A DNA stretch of 64,000 nucleotides from NCBI GenBank assembly GCA_964106645.2, contig OZ067038.1, one strand, 5' to 3'. This stretch comes from Podarcis pityusensis (Eukaryota). The notes under the pieces were generated by a model. The model was not told the origin of the DNA, did not search any database, and saw only the letters and a list, made by a program, of their open reading frames with translations. A program made the translations under genes and the position numbers. Positions 10,266-22,434 of the stretch are shown piece after piece; positions within the stretch are counted from its first letter, which is position 1, and each line of letters starts with the position of its first letter.

Positions 10266-10989
10266 GTAGATAAAGCTGCTGAATCTGTTCCTTTGTGTAC
10301 CCTGAAAAATCACGTGCCCTTATGGGTGATTGTTGTCCTTACATTTCAGTTTTCACTAGCAGATAGGACATTAATTTTAATATGTCACTATGGGTTGTAT
10401 CCATTGTTACTCATAGTCATAACAGACCCAATGAAATTAAAGGTCATGACCAACATAGGCCCATTAATTTCACTGTGTCTGCTCTAAGTTGGATACAAAC
10501 CTGTTAGTTGAACTGTCTAAGGGCATGAGCTTGAGCCTCTGATTGGTCAATGTGAACCTGGCTTCACTGGGCAGAAAGTTGTACCCATGGCCATGACAAC
10601 TGGGGGGCAACCATGTGTGTTCAGCTGCCAGGTGAGGAGACCTTCCAGAGTGGCTTTTCAGAGGAAGAATGGGGCTTGAGAGAGGGTATAGTTGGATTGT
10701 GGTTCCAAACCACCTAAGTTTCATTACGTTTAGTGGAACAGTTTCCCATATATGTAAGCAACTAGATAAGAGAAGGAAGATCAGTATAGCTAACAAACTG
10801 GGATAGATAAATTTTTTCCTTCTCTGTTGAACTTGACATTTAATCAATATTGCCCCTATGCTTCTGTGTCGTTTTTTAAACCCCTTTCTGTCATTTCGTG
10901 TGGCATTTTAAGTCTGTTTTGTTTATTCTTGCACTTGATTCGTAATTCAAAGAATGGCAAACTCTTAAAAGAAATACATGTTTTTAAAG

Positions 10990-11067
10990 TGCCCGCAGCA
11001 AAAAAGAAACCAGAAGAAAAAGTACCTCTAGCTGTTCCTAAGAAAGAAGTGACTCCACCACCTAAAG
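10990..11067 (+). CDS. TTN: PEVK exon, 78 nt (VPAAKKKPEEKVPLAVPKKEVTPPPK)
   Basis: tttaaag| acceptor, |gtacat donor. Confidence 0.9.
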
Positions 11068-11284
11068 GTACATTCACTCTTCGCTATCTTGTGTATCTTT
11101 CATCTTCTCTCTGTGTATTTTGTATAAATGTGTTGCGCACCTTCAATGGTATGTTGTGTTTGTTCTGTATGTGTACGTATTCATGGTGTGTCCTTGTGTT
11201 TTGCGTTCCCTTCTTTTGTAATTATGTATATAGCATTCATGTAAGATTCATAAATAACTAAACAAAAGTGTTGTATCTTTAAAG

Positions 11285-11368
11285 TGCCTGAGATACCTAA
11301 GAAAGCTGTTCCTGAAGAAAAAGTGCCTAAGACTGTTCCCAAAAGGAAAGAGCCTTCACCAACTAAAG
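11285..11368 (+). CDS. TTN: PEVK exon, 84 nt (VPEIPKKAVPEEKVPKTVPKRKEPSPTK)
   Basis: atctttaaag| acceptor, |gtagat donor. Confidence 0.92.
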
Positions 11369-11527
11369 GTAGATTCAGTAGTAAGACAGAAAGAATGTTG
11401 ACATTCCTGTGTTCTCGTCTATGGTGTTATCACTAACGCCTCAGAAGAGAACTTTCAGCAATGTGCACATTATTTTAGAAGTGTGTATTTCTCCAAATAA
11501 GCTTGAGTTCATGCTCTATCTTTAAAG

Positions 11528-11611
11528 TGCCTGACATTCCCAAGAGAGCCGTCCCTGAAGAAAAAGTATCCATCACTACCTATGAAGCAGAAGAACCTCT
11601 CACAGTAAAAG
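11528..11611 (+). CDS. TTN: PEVK exon, 84 nt (VPDIPKRAVPEEKVSITTYEAEEPLTVK)
   Basis: atctttaaag| acceptor, |gtagat donor. Confidence 0.9.
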
Positions 11612-12104
11612 GTAGATGAAATTTTGAATAGACAAGAACAAAAAAAAGTATATCTCCGTCAGTGTAGTTGCGTGATCAGTGTGCTTAGATCACAGCAGTA
11701 AGGCCCTTAGATGTTCCTGGCACAAGTGTATCATAAATCCTATGAAATCTGGAGAAACCATTTTCATTTACAAAAATCTGTTGACGATGTTGACAACAGC
11801 TGTGATTGGAAGATGTCCTAAATAAAGTGATGGCATTTACTGTATAAAGGAAAAGAGGTATAGCTGACATTAGAAAATGTATTTTATCAGCCAAGCCACT
11901 TTATTAAATTTAAATTGCTCATTATCCCCTTCTTTCCTGGTAGGAAACCATTAAAATGATATTCTGCCCCTGAAGTATTTAAAATGGAAAAAGAATTTGT
12001 TTAGTTATTCTTTTCACTGTGTTATTGTTGTCTTGCGTTTAAAGATGTTATAACTATTTTTTTTTAAAAAAAACCCAACTAAGAGAAAACTAATATCTTT
12101 AAAG

Positions 12105-12188
12105 CTCCCGCAGTTCATGAGAAAACATTACGGGAAGAAAAAGTTACTTATATTATCTCCAGAGAAAAGGAAGGTGCTACAGTTGAAG
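12105..12188 (+). CDS. TTN: Divergent PEVK exon, 84 nt (APAVHEKTLREEKVTYIISREKEGATVE)
   Basis: actaatatctttaaag| acceptor, GAAG|gtacat donor. Confidence 0.85.
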
Positions 12189-12855
12189 GTACATCAGAGT
12201 TTTATTCAATTTGCAAAATAACTAAGCTTGAAAAGCCGGTCAGTCAGTTTTGCAATTTAATTGGCACTGAGAATAGTAAGAGGTGTCTGATTTTGTAGAC
12301 TTTATAATATCAAACACCTTATCATGCTGTGTTTTGCTTAATCAAAATGTCATGATTTAAAATATTATTGTCCACATGTTTTGGCGTGAGGACATACTGC
12401 AGTGAGGTAGCAGGTCTTATGGTCCAATGGTAGGATTCTGGCTCCACTGCTGAATTTCCTTTGCAAAGCTTCCTATCAATCATTTGACCTCCACAGTTTA
12501 AAACAAATGCACTTGGCCAAACATAGACATAAGGGAAGGAATCTGAGTTGTTAGTACGCAGAGCAGAGCCTGTTATCACTGTGTCAAAAAGAGCATAGTA
12601 ATTCAGCTGCTGTGGCAAAAATCACTGTTTCTGCTGTTAGCCATTTCACTTTTAAAAGCCAAAGGAAACAACATAGATGTCAGAGAGCAAATTGTAAATG
12701 AGTTGTGCTTCTTTAGTTCTAGGATTATTCTTTTTTTAACTTCATTTGTTTTCTTGATCTGCTGGTCTTCACTGTGTGCTATTTATTTCCCCCCCCCCCA
12801 ACCTGTCCTTTGAGTGTCCTTTTGAAATGTCTCAAATATACTAATATCTTTAAAG

Positions 12856-12939
12856 TGCTTGAACTGGAAGAGGAAGCTGTCCCAGAAGAAACGGCTCCCA
12901 TTGGTGTTCCTATAAAACAGAAAGCTCCGCCCATTAAAG
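12856..12939 (+). CDS. TTN: PEVK exon, 84 nt (VLELEEEAVPEETAPIGVPIKQKAPPIK)
   Basis: actaatatctttaaag| acceptor, |gtacat donor. Confidence 0.88.
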
Positions 12940-13081
12940 GTACATACACCACCTCTTCCGCTAACTTCACAAAGCAAGCAGCTACCATTGTATTATCCAG
13001 GCCCTTTGTTGGTCTGCTCCTTTTTGTCTTATGTGTGACATAATTGTATACATACTCAAAAATAAACTAATATCTTTAAAG

Positions 13082-13162
13082 TGCCTCCGGTGGCAAAGAA
13101 AGCTGTGCCAGAGAAGAAGAAACCTACTCCTGTACCTAAAGAAGAAGCCCCGCCCATTAAAG
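13082..13162 (+). CDS. TTN: PEVK exon, 81 nt (VPPVAKKAVPEKKKPTPVPKEEAPPIK)
   Basis: actaatatctttaaag| acceptor, |gtaaca donor. Confidence 0.9.
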
Positions 13163-13590
13163 GTAACACACCTCTAGCTACAACTGCAGTGAAATGAGAC
13201 ATTTCGCCATTTTATTTCCCCACCTGCTGTTCTCTTATATAATTCAGTGTTTTGTGCAATGTAGGAGAATTTCTTGCCAAATTAATGACAAATTATCCCA
13301 TGCAATTTTAGGGGGAATAATTAAATGGGATAAAATTCAGATCACCTGTACTAGAAATCTGAATAGGAATAGGAATATTGCTTTCATCTAGAATCGCCAC
13401 TCTTGCAAAGCAGAGACGAATGCAGAAGGCAATGTTTTGTCACTGTAATTCTACCATGGAAGATACGTGTCAAATTTCTTCCAAGATCTTTGAAATATGT
13501 ATGTGTGTGTCCTGTTGTTTTGTCTGTGGTCTGCAATAACCTCTTATTTTAAAATGCCCACATTTCTAAAAAAAACTAATATCTTTAAAG

Positions 13591-13677
13591 CACCTGAGAT
13601 TCAAGAAAAGGCTGTTTCACAAGAGATAATTCCTACTCCATCGGTCTCAAAAGAATTGGAACCTCCGGCAGCTAAAG
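13591..13677 (+). CDS. TTN: PEVK exon, 87 nt (APEIQEKAVSQEIIPTPSVSKELEPPAAK)
   Basis: actaatatctttaaag| acceptor, |gtacat donor. Confidence 0.88.
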
Positions 13678-13867
13678 GTACATCAGCAATTCAGTGAAAG
13701 TGATAATGAATTAGCAAATGTCAAGGCATTTAAATGTGCCATAAAAGCTCATTGTCATAAATTTCTGGGTGTTGTGTGCCAACGTCAATAACTGTTTATT
13801 TAGTTTGTCTGTTTCTATGTGTTTCACAATTTTTTTAATTTCCTGCCACAAACTAATATCTTTAAAG

Positions 13868-13948
13868 TGCCTGTGATACGAAAGAAAGCCATTTCGGAGG
13901 AACAAGTAACAGTTCAAGTATCTAGGAAAGAAGCTACGCGCTATGAAG
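13868..13948 (+). CDS. TTN: Divergent PEVK exon, 81 nt (VPVIRKKAISEEQVTVQVSRKEATRYE)
   Basis: actaatatctttaaag| acceptor, GAAG|gtacat donor. Confidence 0.85.
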
Positions 13949-14955
13949 GTACATAATCCTTTAATTAGAATGTTTTATCTAAAAGTCTTCTAACTTGTCA
14001 ATGCTTTATGTTACAGAGCCCAAGCCCAGGTTGTCATGTATACTAAAGGTGTTTATGGCCATTTGATTGGCCATTCACACTCCATTCACATTACTAATTG
14101 GAGAGACTTTAAGTAAATTCATTTTCAAATGCAGCAATAGACACACATGGGGGATTGTTTCAAGGTTTAGATATTATTTAGGCTGCCTTTCATGTGTCTC
14201 AGATGTAGCCCAATAAAAACCATTCTCATAAAGCATTAAGGGAGAAAAATGAAAACTTGGGTGAAAAAGAAAATAGCATAAGATCCAGTTAATGATAGTT
14301 CAGTAGCAATGTAAAAAACTTTTTTCAGAACTTAACTGAAAAACTTTTTTCAGAACTTAACTGAAGATTGGAATAACGAGAAACCAGAAAGGTGGAACAC
14401 TTAGATTTTAATTAGATTAGACCAACTGGTTTCAGTGGGACCAAACTTTATAACTAGTGAGGCTAACCATAAAAGCATGACTAGTGCTCAGTTGAGGGGT
14501 GAGCCTTAACTTGCCTTGGTAGACATGACCCATGAGAGCAGAGAAATAATCAGAGCCCAGGTGGGGTAAAAAGGAGTTCCAGCAAAAAATGTTTAGGGAC
14601 TTATGGAGCGCAGAAGGGGCATATTTCAGAACCTTTCACTCCTCCACCCCCTTTGCTCTTAACAACAGGCACTCTACTTTATATGTGATTGTAGCAAACC
14701 TAGATTTAAGCAAATAATTGTGCTGCACTCCTATCTGGTTTCAGCCTGAGCTCTAATTAGCAGAGCAAAAGGTTTGAATTAGTTAACCTTGAAGAGGGCC
14801 TGCTTCTGCGACTAAATGAAAAGTATAAGTTTATTCCACAATAAATATGGCTGGGCTCTCTGTTTGTTGGTCATAGTCTTTGGTTATGTCTTTTTTGTCC
14901 TATGCTCTTTACAAGTATGATTTTGCATGTCTCAAAGAAAACTAATATCTTTAAG

Positions 14956-15048
14956 ATACAGAAACATTTGAGGAAATGCTTCTAGAAGAAATGGAAGAAC
15001 GGTATCCTGCCGCCATTCCTAGGAAACGTGAGGTTGCACCTCCTAAAG
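14956..15048 (+). CDS. TTN: PEVK exon, 93 nt (DTETFEEMLLEEMEERYPAAIPRKREVAPPK)
   Basis: actaatatctttaag| acceptor, |gtatat donor. Confidence 0.85.
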
Positions 15049-15193
15049 GTATATTCTCTCTTCGAGGAAAACGTAAAGCTACCAAAGTCACAAAAGTGAC
15101 ATATTTTCATTATTTCGCTCTTGTTCAGTTTGATGCTACTGTTTGCATTTTGTGGTTTAAAAATTCTTACAAGGGAATTGATTTTATTTAAAG

Positions 15194-16972
15194 TGTCTGA
15201 GGTGCCCAGAAAAGGAGTGGCGGAAGAGAAGATATCAATTGCAAAGCATGAAAAAACAGAATTAGTTTCTGTACATAAAAAAGCAGAACTTACTGAAGTA
15301 TCTCAGATAACGCAGCCTCAAGCACCAGAAAGGAAGACAGCTGCTCATAGACCCACAAAACCAGAATCTATTGCTGTATCAAAGCCAGCAGAGCCTGAGC
15401 TGCCAAAACAGAAGCCACTTGTTGCCAAACCCAGAAAACCACAACCCGTTGTAGAGCCTGAAGTGCAAGAAGAGGAGATAGATATTGCTGAACCTGAGGA
15501 ACCCATACCTGTTGCAGTTTATGAGGTAGTTGAACCTCATGTGCCAGAAAAGAAGAAAGCCGTTGCTAAACCTAAAAAACCAGAGCCTGTTGTGATGCTG
15601 AAAACAGTAGAGTCAAAACAGGAGATAGCTGTTGCCAAACCCAGAAAACCAGAACCTCTTGTGGAGCTTGAAACAGAAGAGCCTGGGGTGCCAGAAAAGA
15701 AACTATTCATTGCTAAACCTAAAAAAGCAAAACCTGGGGTGGTTCCTAAAACAACAGAGCCTCCAGTGCGAGAAGACCAGATGGCTGTCTCCAAACCTAG
15801 GAAATCAGAACCTGTTGGGTTTCCTCAAACAGTAGAGCCTGAAATGGAAGAAGAGGAGACAGATATTGCTGAACGTGAGGAACCAAAACCTGTTGTAGTT
15901 CTTGAGACGGTAGAACCTCATGTATCAAAAAAGAAGGCAGCTGTTGCTAAACCTAAAAAACCAGAACCTATTATGGTGTCTAAAATAGTGGAGCCTCCAG
16001 TGCCAAAACAGAAGATAGCTGTCACTGAACCCAGAAAACCAGGACCTGTTGTGGAGCCTGAAACAGCAGAGCCTGAAGTGCTAGAGGAGCAGATAGTTGT
16101 CTCCAAACCCAGAAAACCAGAATCCATTGTCATGGCTCAGGTGGTACAGTCTGAAGTGGAAGAAGAGGAGATAGATATTGTTGAACTCAAGAAACCAAAA
16201 CCCACTTCAGTTCTTGAGGCAGTTGAACTTCATGTGCCAGAAAAGAAAGCAGCTGTTGCTAAACCTAAAAAAACAGAGTCGCTGGTGTCTGAGCCTCCTG
16301 CACCAAAACAGAAGATAGCTGTCACCAAACCCAGAAAACCACAACCTGCTTTGGTGCCTGACATAGAAGGGCCTGAAGAGGAAGAAAAGAAGGCAACCAT
16401 TGCTAAACCTAAAAAAACAGAGCCTTACATGCCAGAAGACAAGATGGCTGTTGCCAAACCCAGAAAACAGGAATTCATTGTCATGCCTCAGATGGCAGAG
16501 CCTGAGCTGGAAGAAGAGATAGATATTGTGGAACCTGAGAAACCGAAACCTATTGCTGTTCTTGAGTCAGCAGAACCTCGTGTCCCAGAAATGGAGGTAG
16601 CCGCTGCTAAATCTAAAAAACCAGAACTTATTGCAGTGCCTAAAACAGTAAAGCTTCCAGCGGCAAAACAGAAGATGGCTGTCACCAAACCCAGAGAACC
16701 AGAAGTTGCCATGGTGCTTGAAACAGTAAAGCCTGAGGTGGAAGGAGAAAAGAGAGCAAAATCCAGGGAGCCAGAACCTACAGTGGTGCCTGAAACAGTT
16801 TGGTGGCAAGAGCCAGAGGAAAAGGCAGCTGTTTCCAAACCCAGAAAACCAGAGCCTGCTGTTGTGCTTGAAGCAGCAGAGGCTCAAATACCAGAAGAGA
16901 CTGTGATGGTTGCTAAGCCTAAAAAACAAGACCCTTATGCTGTGCCTGCAACAGAGCCTCCACCATTAAAAG
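15194..16972 (+). CDS. TTN: Giant PEVK-like exon, 1779 nt (593 codons), built from ~26-aa AVAKP(R/K)KPEP units
   Basis: tttaaag| acceptor, PPPLK AAAG|gtagac donor, fully open, phase 1/1 (within ORF 15121-17070). Confidence 0.88.
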
Positions 16973-17226
16973 GTAGACGTCATTCCCAAAGGGAAAAGAC
17001 ACTCTTGGCTATAGAAATGTTTGTCTTGTTTGTGGAAAAAAAATCTTCTTTGTTTCATGTTAGTTTATAAATTTTGTGCAGGAAACTTTTCTTGTCATAC
17101 GTAAATGTGAATGTGCCAAATTAATGTCAATGTTTGGTGTCAAGTCTTTATGGTCTTGCTGTTATTTATCTTTATTGTGGCTTCTTCAGCTCGTACAATT
17201 AACACAATCTAATATCTTTACTGAAG

Positions 17227-17297
17227 TATCTGGTTTGTCCAAGAAACCTGTTCTAGAAAAGTGCTGACAAAAAGCAAAAAAACAGAAGCTCTGCTGG
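17227..17297 (+). pseudogene. Frameshifted PEVK exon with in-frame TGA (VSGLSKKPVLEKC*)
   Basis: ctaatatctttactgaag| acceptor, TGG|gtaaga donor, 71 nt, TGA at 17265-17267. Confidence 0.65.
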
Positions 17298-18045
17298 GTA
17301 AGAAAGAAAGTAAAAAAAGAACTTATCTCTTCTAGTTTCCTGATAATCTTGTGTCCCAAAAAGTTCCCATGCTGATTTTTGCAGAAATAGGAATATCATT
17401 TGCAGCTGTATTCTTACCTTGATGCATAAGCATCCTTCCCTTTATATACAAATATGACGCAGTACATCATAAAACATAAGGTCAGATGCCAGGATGAAAG
17501 GGGAAATGCTAATTATGATAACAATTAATAATAATAAACATACCCAAACCACTGTCAGGAAGGTAACAGCAGTGGAAGTAATCTTACAAAACAGATATAT
17601 CAGCAGGTGTTTTGAAATCTTTCAAATGTTCAGTTGAGTTCAACCGTTTCCATCAGCCCATAAAAGATAACTACTTATATATATGAATGAAGGACCTGTA
17701 TAGAGGGGGATTTTTATCGCAGTGCCTTCTCTTCAGTCACTTGAATGATTTGTTCAGATTTGCCACCTGGACAGCTAATATTCAGCAACAATTGACGTTG
17801 TGGTGCTTGTTCATACGCCAACTATAGATGTTTTGAGAAAAGGTCTATGTCTATACAATGTAAAGGGGAGCCTCTTGCTTTCAATTGAATACCCACCTGT
17901 GTGATTTTAATGTCAATATTGTCCATGTCATTCCGTGTCTGTGTGTCATGTTCTGTCTGTTGGGAATAAATCTGTTTCACTTCTTCATGCCGTGTTATAA
18001 ACCATTTTCAGTTCTTCAAAGTAAAATGTACTAATATCTTTAAAG

Positions 18046-18129
18046 TTCCCGAGATGCCCAAGAAGGCTGTGCCAGAAGAGAAAATACCTGTTGCAGTGCC
18101 TAAAAAACCAGCGCCTCCACCTGCTAAAG
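18046..18129 (+). CDS. TTN: PEVK exon, 84 nt (VPEMPKKAVPEEKIPVAVPKKPAPPPAK)
   Basis: actaatatctttaaag| acceptor, |gtatat donor. Confidence 0.92.
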
Positions 18130-18477
18130 GTATATACCTCAGTCTTGGTGACATTCATTTTTACCAAAAGAAAAAGAAATGGGTTATGGGTTCACTTCCC
18201 CCAACCCCCATTTCTTTTCTTCTTCCTCATCTTCTAAAAACCGACTTCATTTCTTAATTGGACACGTTCAAATAGGTTTTGCTTACAATTCAGAGAGTTA
18301 TGGATACAAAACCCCATCGATTTCAATGGAACTTGCTTGTCCCCTGAACTGTGACTGCTTAATATTGACCACTAACCTTCCTGAAATTCCTCTAAAGGCG
18401 CCTCTTTATTCCTGACACTTTTGCCTACATTTTAACAAACTGAAACGTAACAGAAAATGATGCTATTTCTTTTCAAG

Positions 18478-18552
18478 TGCCTGAGGTACCCACAAAAGTT
18501 GTCCCGGAAAAGAAGGTGCCAGCTGCTGTTCCAGAAGCACCTCCAGCTAAAG
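18478..18552 (+). CDS. TTN: PEVK exon, 75 nt (VPEVPTKVVPEKKVPAAVPEAPPAK)
   Basis: ttttcaag| acceptor, |gtaaca donor. Confidence 0.92.
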
Positions 18553-18708
18553 GTAACATCCCATTTGACAGAAAGCAGCAGTGGGTTAGGGCTGATCCAG
18601 GAGGATAGGCATTGGCCTGGTTTGCATGACATGGTAAGAAGAAACCTCAGCTGCAGCTCATGGTTAGTGAGTAGACCACTTACCAGACTCTGGGCTCTGG
18701 TAATGCAC

Positions 18709-18979
18709 TGCGCTCCCGTTGCTCGGTCCCAGCGCCTGCCAACCTAGCAGTTCGAAAGCACCCCCGGGTGCAAGTAGATAAATAGGGACCGCTTACTAGC
18801 GGGAAGGTAAACGGCGTTTCCGTGTGCTGCGCTGGCTCGCCAGATGCAGCTTGTCAAGCTGGCCACGTGACCCGGAAGTGTCTGCGGACAGCGCTGGCCC
18901 CCGGCCTCTTAAGTGAGATGGGCGCACAGCCCTAGAGTCGGACACGACTGGCCCATACGGGCAGGGGTACCTTTACCTT
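18709..18979 (+). mobile_element. 5'-truncated Sauria SINE
   Basis: Body homologous to the 6425 and 6795 copies, ends acctttaccttt, TSD taatgcac (18701-18708, 18980-18987). Confidence 0.88.
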
Positions 18980-18991
18980 TAATGCACAAAC

Positions 18992-19127
18992 CAGGCTTCC
19001 TCAACCTCAGCCCTCCAGATGTTTTGAGACTACAATTCCCATCATCCCTGACCACTGGTCCTGCTAGCTAGGGATCATGGTAGTTGTAGGCCAAAAACAT
19101 CTGGAGGGCCGAGGTTGAGGAAGCCTG
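18992..19127. mobile_element. Palindromic hAT-type MITE
   Basis: TIRs caggcttcctcaacctc / gaggttgaggaagcctg; near 8-bp TSD (cac-aaac / cactaaac). Confidence 0.85.
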
Positions 19128-20333
19128 CACTAAACTAAACTTTGATTGAGCTCAGCGCAGTGTAATACTAAAAAAGACTATGGAGGACCAAAGGGGTTGC
19201 AAGCTGGTGATTGAAAGCCTGCACTTTTGCACAATTCTGGTAAGCCATAGCTTAACTTACTGTGTCACATGAACCAGGCCAGTGTATATCTTATTATATT
19301 AAATTCATATTACTTTTATATACTACACATTATCATCTTTAAATGCCATGTGTTCTTCACTTTAGTAGACCATATCAAGTGTGGTATTTGGATACCAAAG
19401 GTGGCAGAAATGTTCTCCTTTAAGCTAATACTATTTGTTTGTTTGTTTGTAGATTCACAGTCAGCCTTTAATATCAATATTTCTAGAGCAGGTCACCATA
19501 AAAATAAGCAAACAATATAAAAGATCAAACAGCAAATAAGACTAGCATCACTAAGACAGTCTCCTCAACAGGGAACAGGCAGGTGAAATAAATAGGGTGG
19601 CATCAAAAGATCTTATGAGAATATATAATTATGGTTTCCGTCAAATTTCAAATTATAAATTATACATTAAAGATAAAGGATATAAACTGAATATTATTAT
19701 TTAAATATCCCCATCCCCATCTACTATAATTTTGTTTCAAATTATTATATTTCCTTTTAAAATTATTATTGAAATTAATTTATTGTAGTGTTGGTTGTTA
19801 AATTGCTAACTGCTTAATTATTTACGGTTCTGTTACTGGTTTGTAAATGCTGTGCTTTCTTCCTTACTATTTCTTTCTATTTAAATTATGTATAAAAAAA
19901 ATATTTTTTAAAAAAAATGTTAATGATGGTGTTAATAACAATGATGGCAAAAAAGACTGTATGCTAGGTGAGCCTCCCTTGGGAAATAGTTCCACAAAAA
20001 GGCCACTACCCCAGTCACCACCCACCTTGTCTCAGAGAGATGGCACATTTCAGATGAGAGCCTTCAAAGACAAAGCCTTGTGTGTTAGATGATGGCCAGT
20101 GCAGTCAAATCTCAGAAGCGGCTGCTGCTGCATTTGATGGGATTCGAACGTAACTGGACCTAGGATTACAGCCTTAAGCTGAGCAATGTTGTCACTTGTT
20201 AATATTCAGTGGGACTTACTTCCTAGTGTGCATTGAGTTTAGACTGCAGCCTCAGTTTGCGTTTGTGTCTTAGAAGTTATGTGTACTGTCCTGCACCAAA
20301 GAGTAAGCAAAATCCATACCCTTCCTTTAACAG

Positions 20334-20408
20334 TGCCTGAAGTACCAAAGAAACCTGTTCCAGAAGAGAAAGTTGTGCCTAAAAAGCCAGAGGTGCCAGC
20401 AGCTAAAG
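20334..20408 (+). CDS. TTN: PEVK exon, 75 nt (VPEVPKKPVPEEKVVPKKPEVPAAK)
   Basis: taacag| acceptor, |gtgtgt donor. Confidence 0.92.
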
Positions 20409-20578
20409 GTGTGTGCATTTCATGAATTCAACAAATAAGATACTCCCATCCCGTCAGTTCCTTACTGTTCCTTTAGTGTCTACACTTCATTTCTTTCATA
20501 CTTCCTTGTCATTATTCTTCACATAGAATACATGGCAGCAACGATAACACTTATTAGTCATATTGTATATATGGTATA

Positions 20579-20774
20579 CAATAGTACCTTGGTTCTCAAA
20601 CTTAATCCGTTCCAGGAGTCCATTTGACTCCCAAAACCATTTGAAAACCAAGACACAGCTTCCAATTGGCTGCAGGAGCTTTCTGCATGCAAGCGGAAGC
20701 CGTGTTAGACGTTTGCAGTGTTCGGGAGCCGATTTGTTTGACAGCTAAGCTATTTGAGAACCAAGGTACCACTG
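20579..20774. mobile_element. Tc1/pogo (Tigger-like) MITE
   Basis: TA-flanked; TIRs caatagtaccttggttctcaaa / tttgagaaccaaggtaccactg. Confidence 0.8.
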
Positions 20775-20909
20775 TAGATGTTTAAGTTCACATTATTGAA
20801 GCTAGACATAATTGATACCAGGTCGTGTCCATCTGCTACCATTCTGTGACAGGATTAACATATGCTACCTTTGGAATATATGGCATTAACATAAACTAAT
20901 CTTATTCAG

Positions 20910-20993
20910 TGCCTGAGGTACCAAAGAAACCTGTCCCAGAAGAAAAAGCTCCAGTGGCTGTGCCGAAGAAGCCAGAACCTCCACCTGCCAAAG
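20910..20993 (+). CDS. TTN: PEVK exon, 84 nt (VPEVPKKPVPEEKAPVAVPKKPEPPPAK)
   Basis: ttcag| acceptor, |gtaggc donor. Confidence 0.92.
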
Positions 20994-21035
20994 GTAGGCC
21001 TCATTTTTAAAGAAAGAATGACAAGTTAGAACTAC

Positions 21036-21152
21036 CAGGGCTTTTTTCAGCCGGAACTCGCCGGAACTCAGTTCTGGCACCTCTCAGGTGGGCGCCATTG
21101 CCATTCTAAGGGAACAAGGTCCGGCACCTCTTTTTCTAGAAAAATAGCACTG
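21036..21152. mobile_element. Short hAT-type MITE
   Basis: Termini cagggctttttt / aaaatagcactg; imperfect 8-bp TSD agaactac/agtagtac. Confidence 0.65.
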
Positions 21153-21229
21153 AGTAGTACACATTTTTCAAACTGAAGTCTGTTGGTGTTAGTATACTGT
21201 ATATCTGCAGTACCTAAATGTGTTTGGGT

Positions 21230-21515
21230 GAGCATAAGAAGATACCAAAAACCCATCTAATCTAGCACATGGCTGTCACAGTGCCCGACTAAATAGATGC
21301 TAATGGGAAGTCTACAAGCAGAACATGGGCACTACAGCACTCTCCTCACTTGCGATTTCCCAGAAACTGGTTTTGAGGAGCATACTGCCCCTACTCTGGA
21401 AGTAATACACAACCATAATGACTGGTAGCCACTGGTAGCCTTATTCCCCCATGAAGCCCTTTGAAGGCCAACCAATTTGGTGGTCATCACTGCATGTGGG
21501 AATCATGAACTCAAA
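21230..21515 (-). mobile_element. Degraded CR1-type LINE 3' fragment
   Basis: cataagaaga...gatgctaatgggaagtctacaagcag...catactgcc similar to the 557-650 fragment. Confidence 0.5.
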
Positions 21516-21620
21516 TGATGGATCTGTGCTGCTATTTAATGTTGGGGTTGTGTGTGTATTTGCAACTGTGTATGTTTATTAAATGACTTGTTGTAAAAAA
21601 ATAATATTAATGTTTTCAAG

Positions 21621-21704
21621 TGCCTGAGGTGCCAAAGAAAGTTGTTCCGGAAAAGAAAGTACCAGCTGAAGTGCCTAAGAAACCGGAAGCTCCACCTGCT
21701 AAAG
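21621..21704 (+). CDS. TTN: PEVK exon, 84 nt (VPEVPKKVVPEKKVPAEVPKKPEAPPAK)
   Basis: ttttcaag| acceptor, |gtgtgt donor. Confidence 0.92.
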
Positions 21705-21998
21705 GTGTGTATTGCTCGTAACGCATGAAACAGCTTTGTTTGCTCTTGGGAGGAATATTTAACCTTTATCAAGGGGAGAGACAGGAAAATATCGATTTCC
21801 GTCTGTGTGTTTCTACTGTGTGATCTGTAAAGAAAGACAGGAGGCTTACTTCTGTACAGCTTAATTGTGTCATGCCAGTTCTCTTCAGTTTTGTCCTTAT
21901 TTTTGAAGTTCCATGTTTTACGACTTTCATGTGTCCTTAGTATCTTCTGCGCATTCTTTGATATTCGCATTCTTAAATGAAATTATTTTCCCTTCAAG

Positions 21999-22082
21999 TT
22001 CCGGAAGTACCCAAGAAAGTGGTCCCTGAGGAAAAAGCAAAGATTCCTGAGCCTAAAAAACCAGAGCCTCCCGCTGTTAAAG
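21999..22082 (+). CDS. TTN: PEVK exon, 84 nt (VPEVPKKVVPEEKAKIPEPKKPEPPAVK)
   Basis: ccttcaag| acceptor, |gtacat donor. Confidence 0.92.
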
Positions 22083-22362
22083 GTACATGTCATAACCACA
22101 AACGCCACAAAGAACTTCAGATTTGTTTTATAGATGTAACATTAGTTTCACATAACTGAATATTTGTGAAAGTATGTTTAATAGTCTTATTTTCCCTCTG
22201 AGATGACTTCTCATAATGCAGTCATATGTAATATGTGTCCCACATGTATTTTAGAAAAAAGATAGCCCTTTATGTTGGTTTCCCTTCCCCTTGTTTGCTC
22301 TTGTTAATTACTGGCATACATCACTGAAGCCCAAGACTTAAAACAATTTACTATCTTTGAAG

Positions 22363-22434
22363 TTCCTGAGGTGCCAAAGAAAATCCCAGAAGAAAAAGTA
22401 CCCGTGAAAAAGCCTGAACCTCCAGCACCCAAAG
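22363..22434 (+). CDS. TTN: PEVK exon, 72 nt (VPEVPKKIPEEKVPVKKPEPPAPK)
   Basis: ctttgaag| acceptor, |gtatat donor. Confidence 0.9.

Noticed and set aside
14314-14365. ~26-bp tandem duplication (aaaacttttttcagaacttaactga)
   Set aside because: Ordinary intronic slippage with no functional signature
15121-17070. 649-aa ORF as a standalone single-exon gene
   Set aside because: Starts at TTG, and the PEVK part is bounded by titin-type phase-1 splice sites; the flanks are intronic read-through
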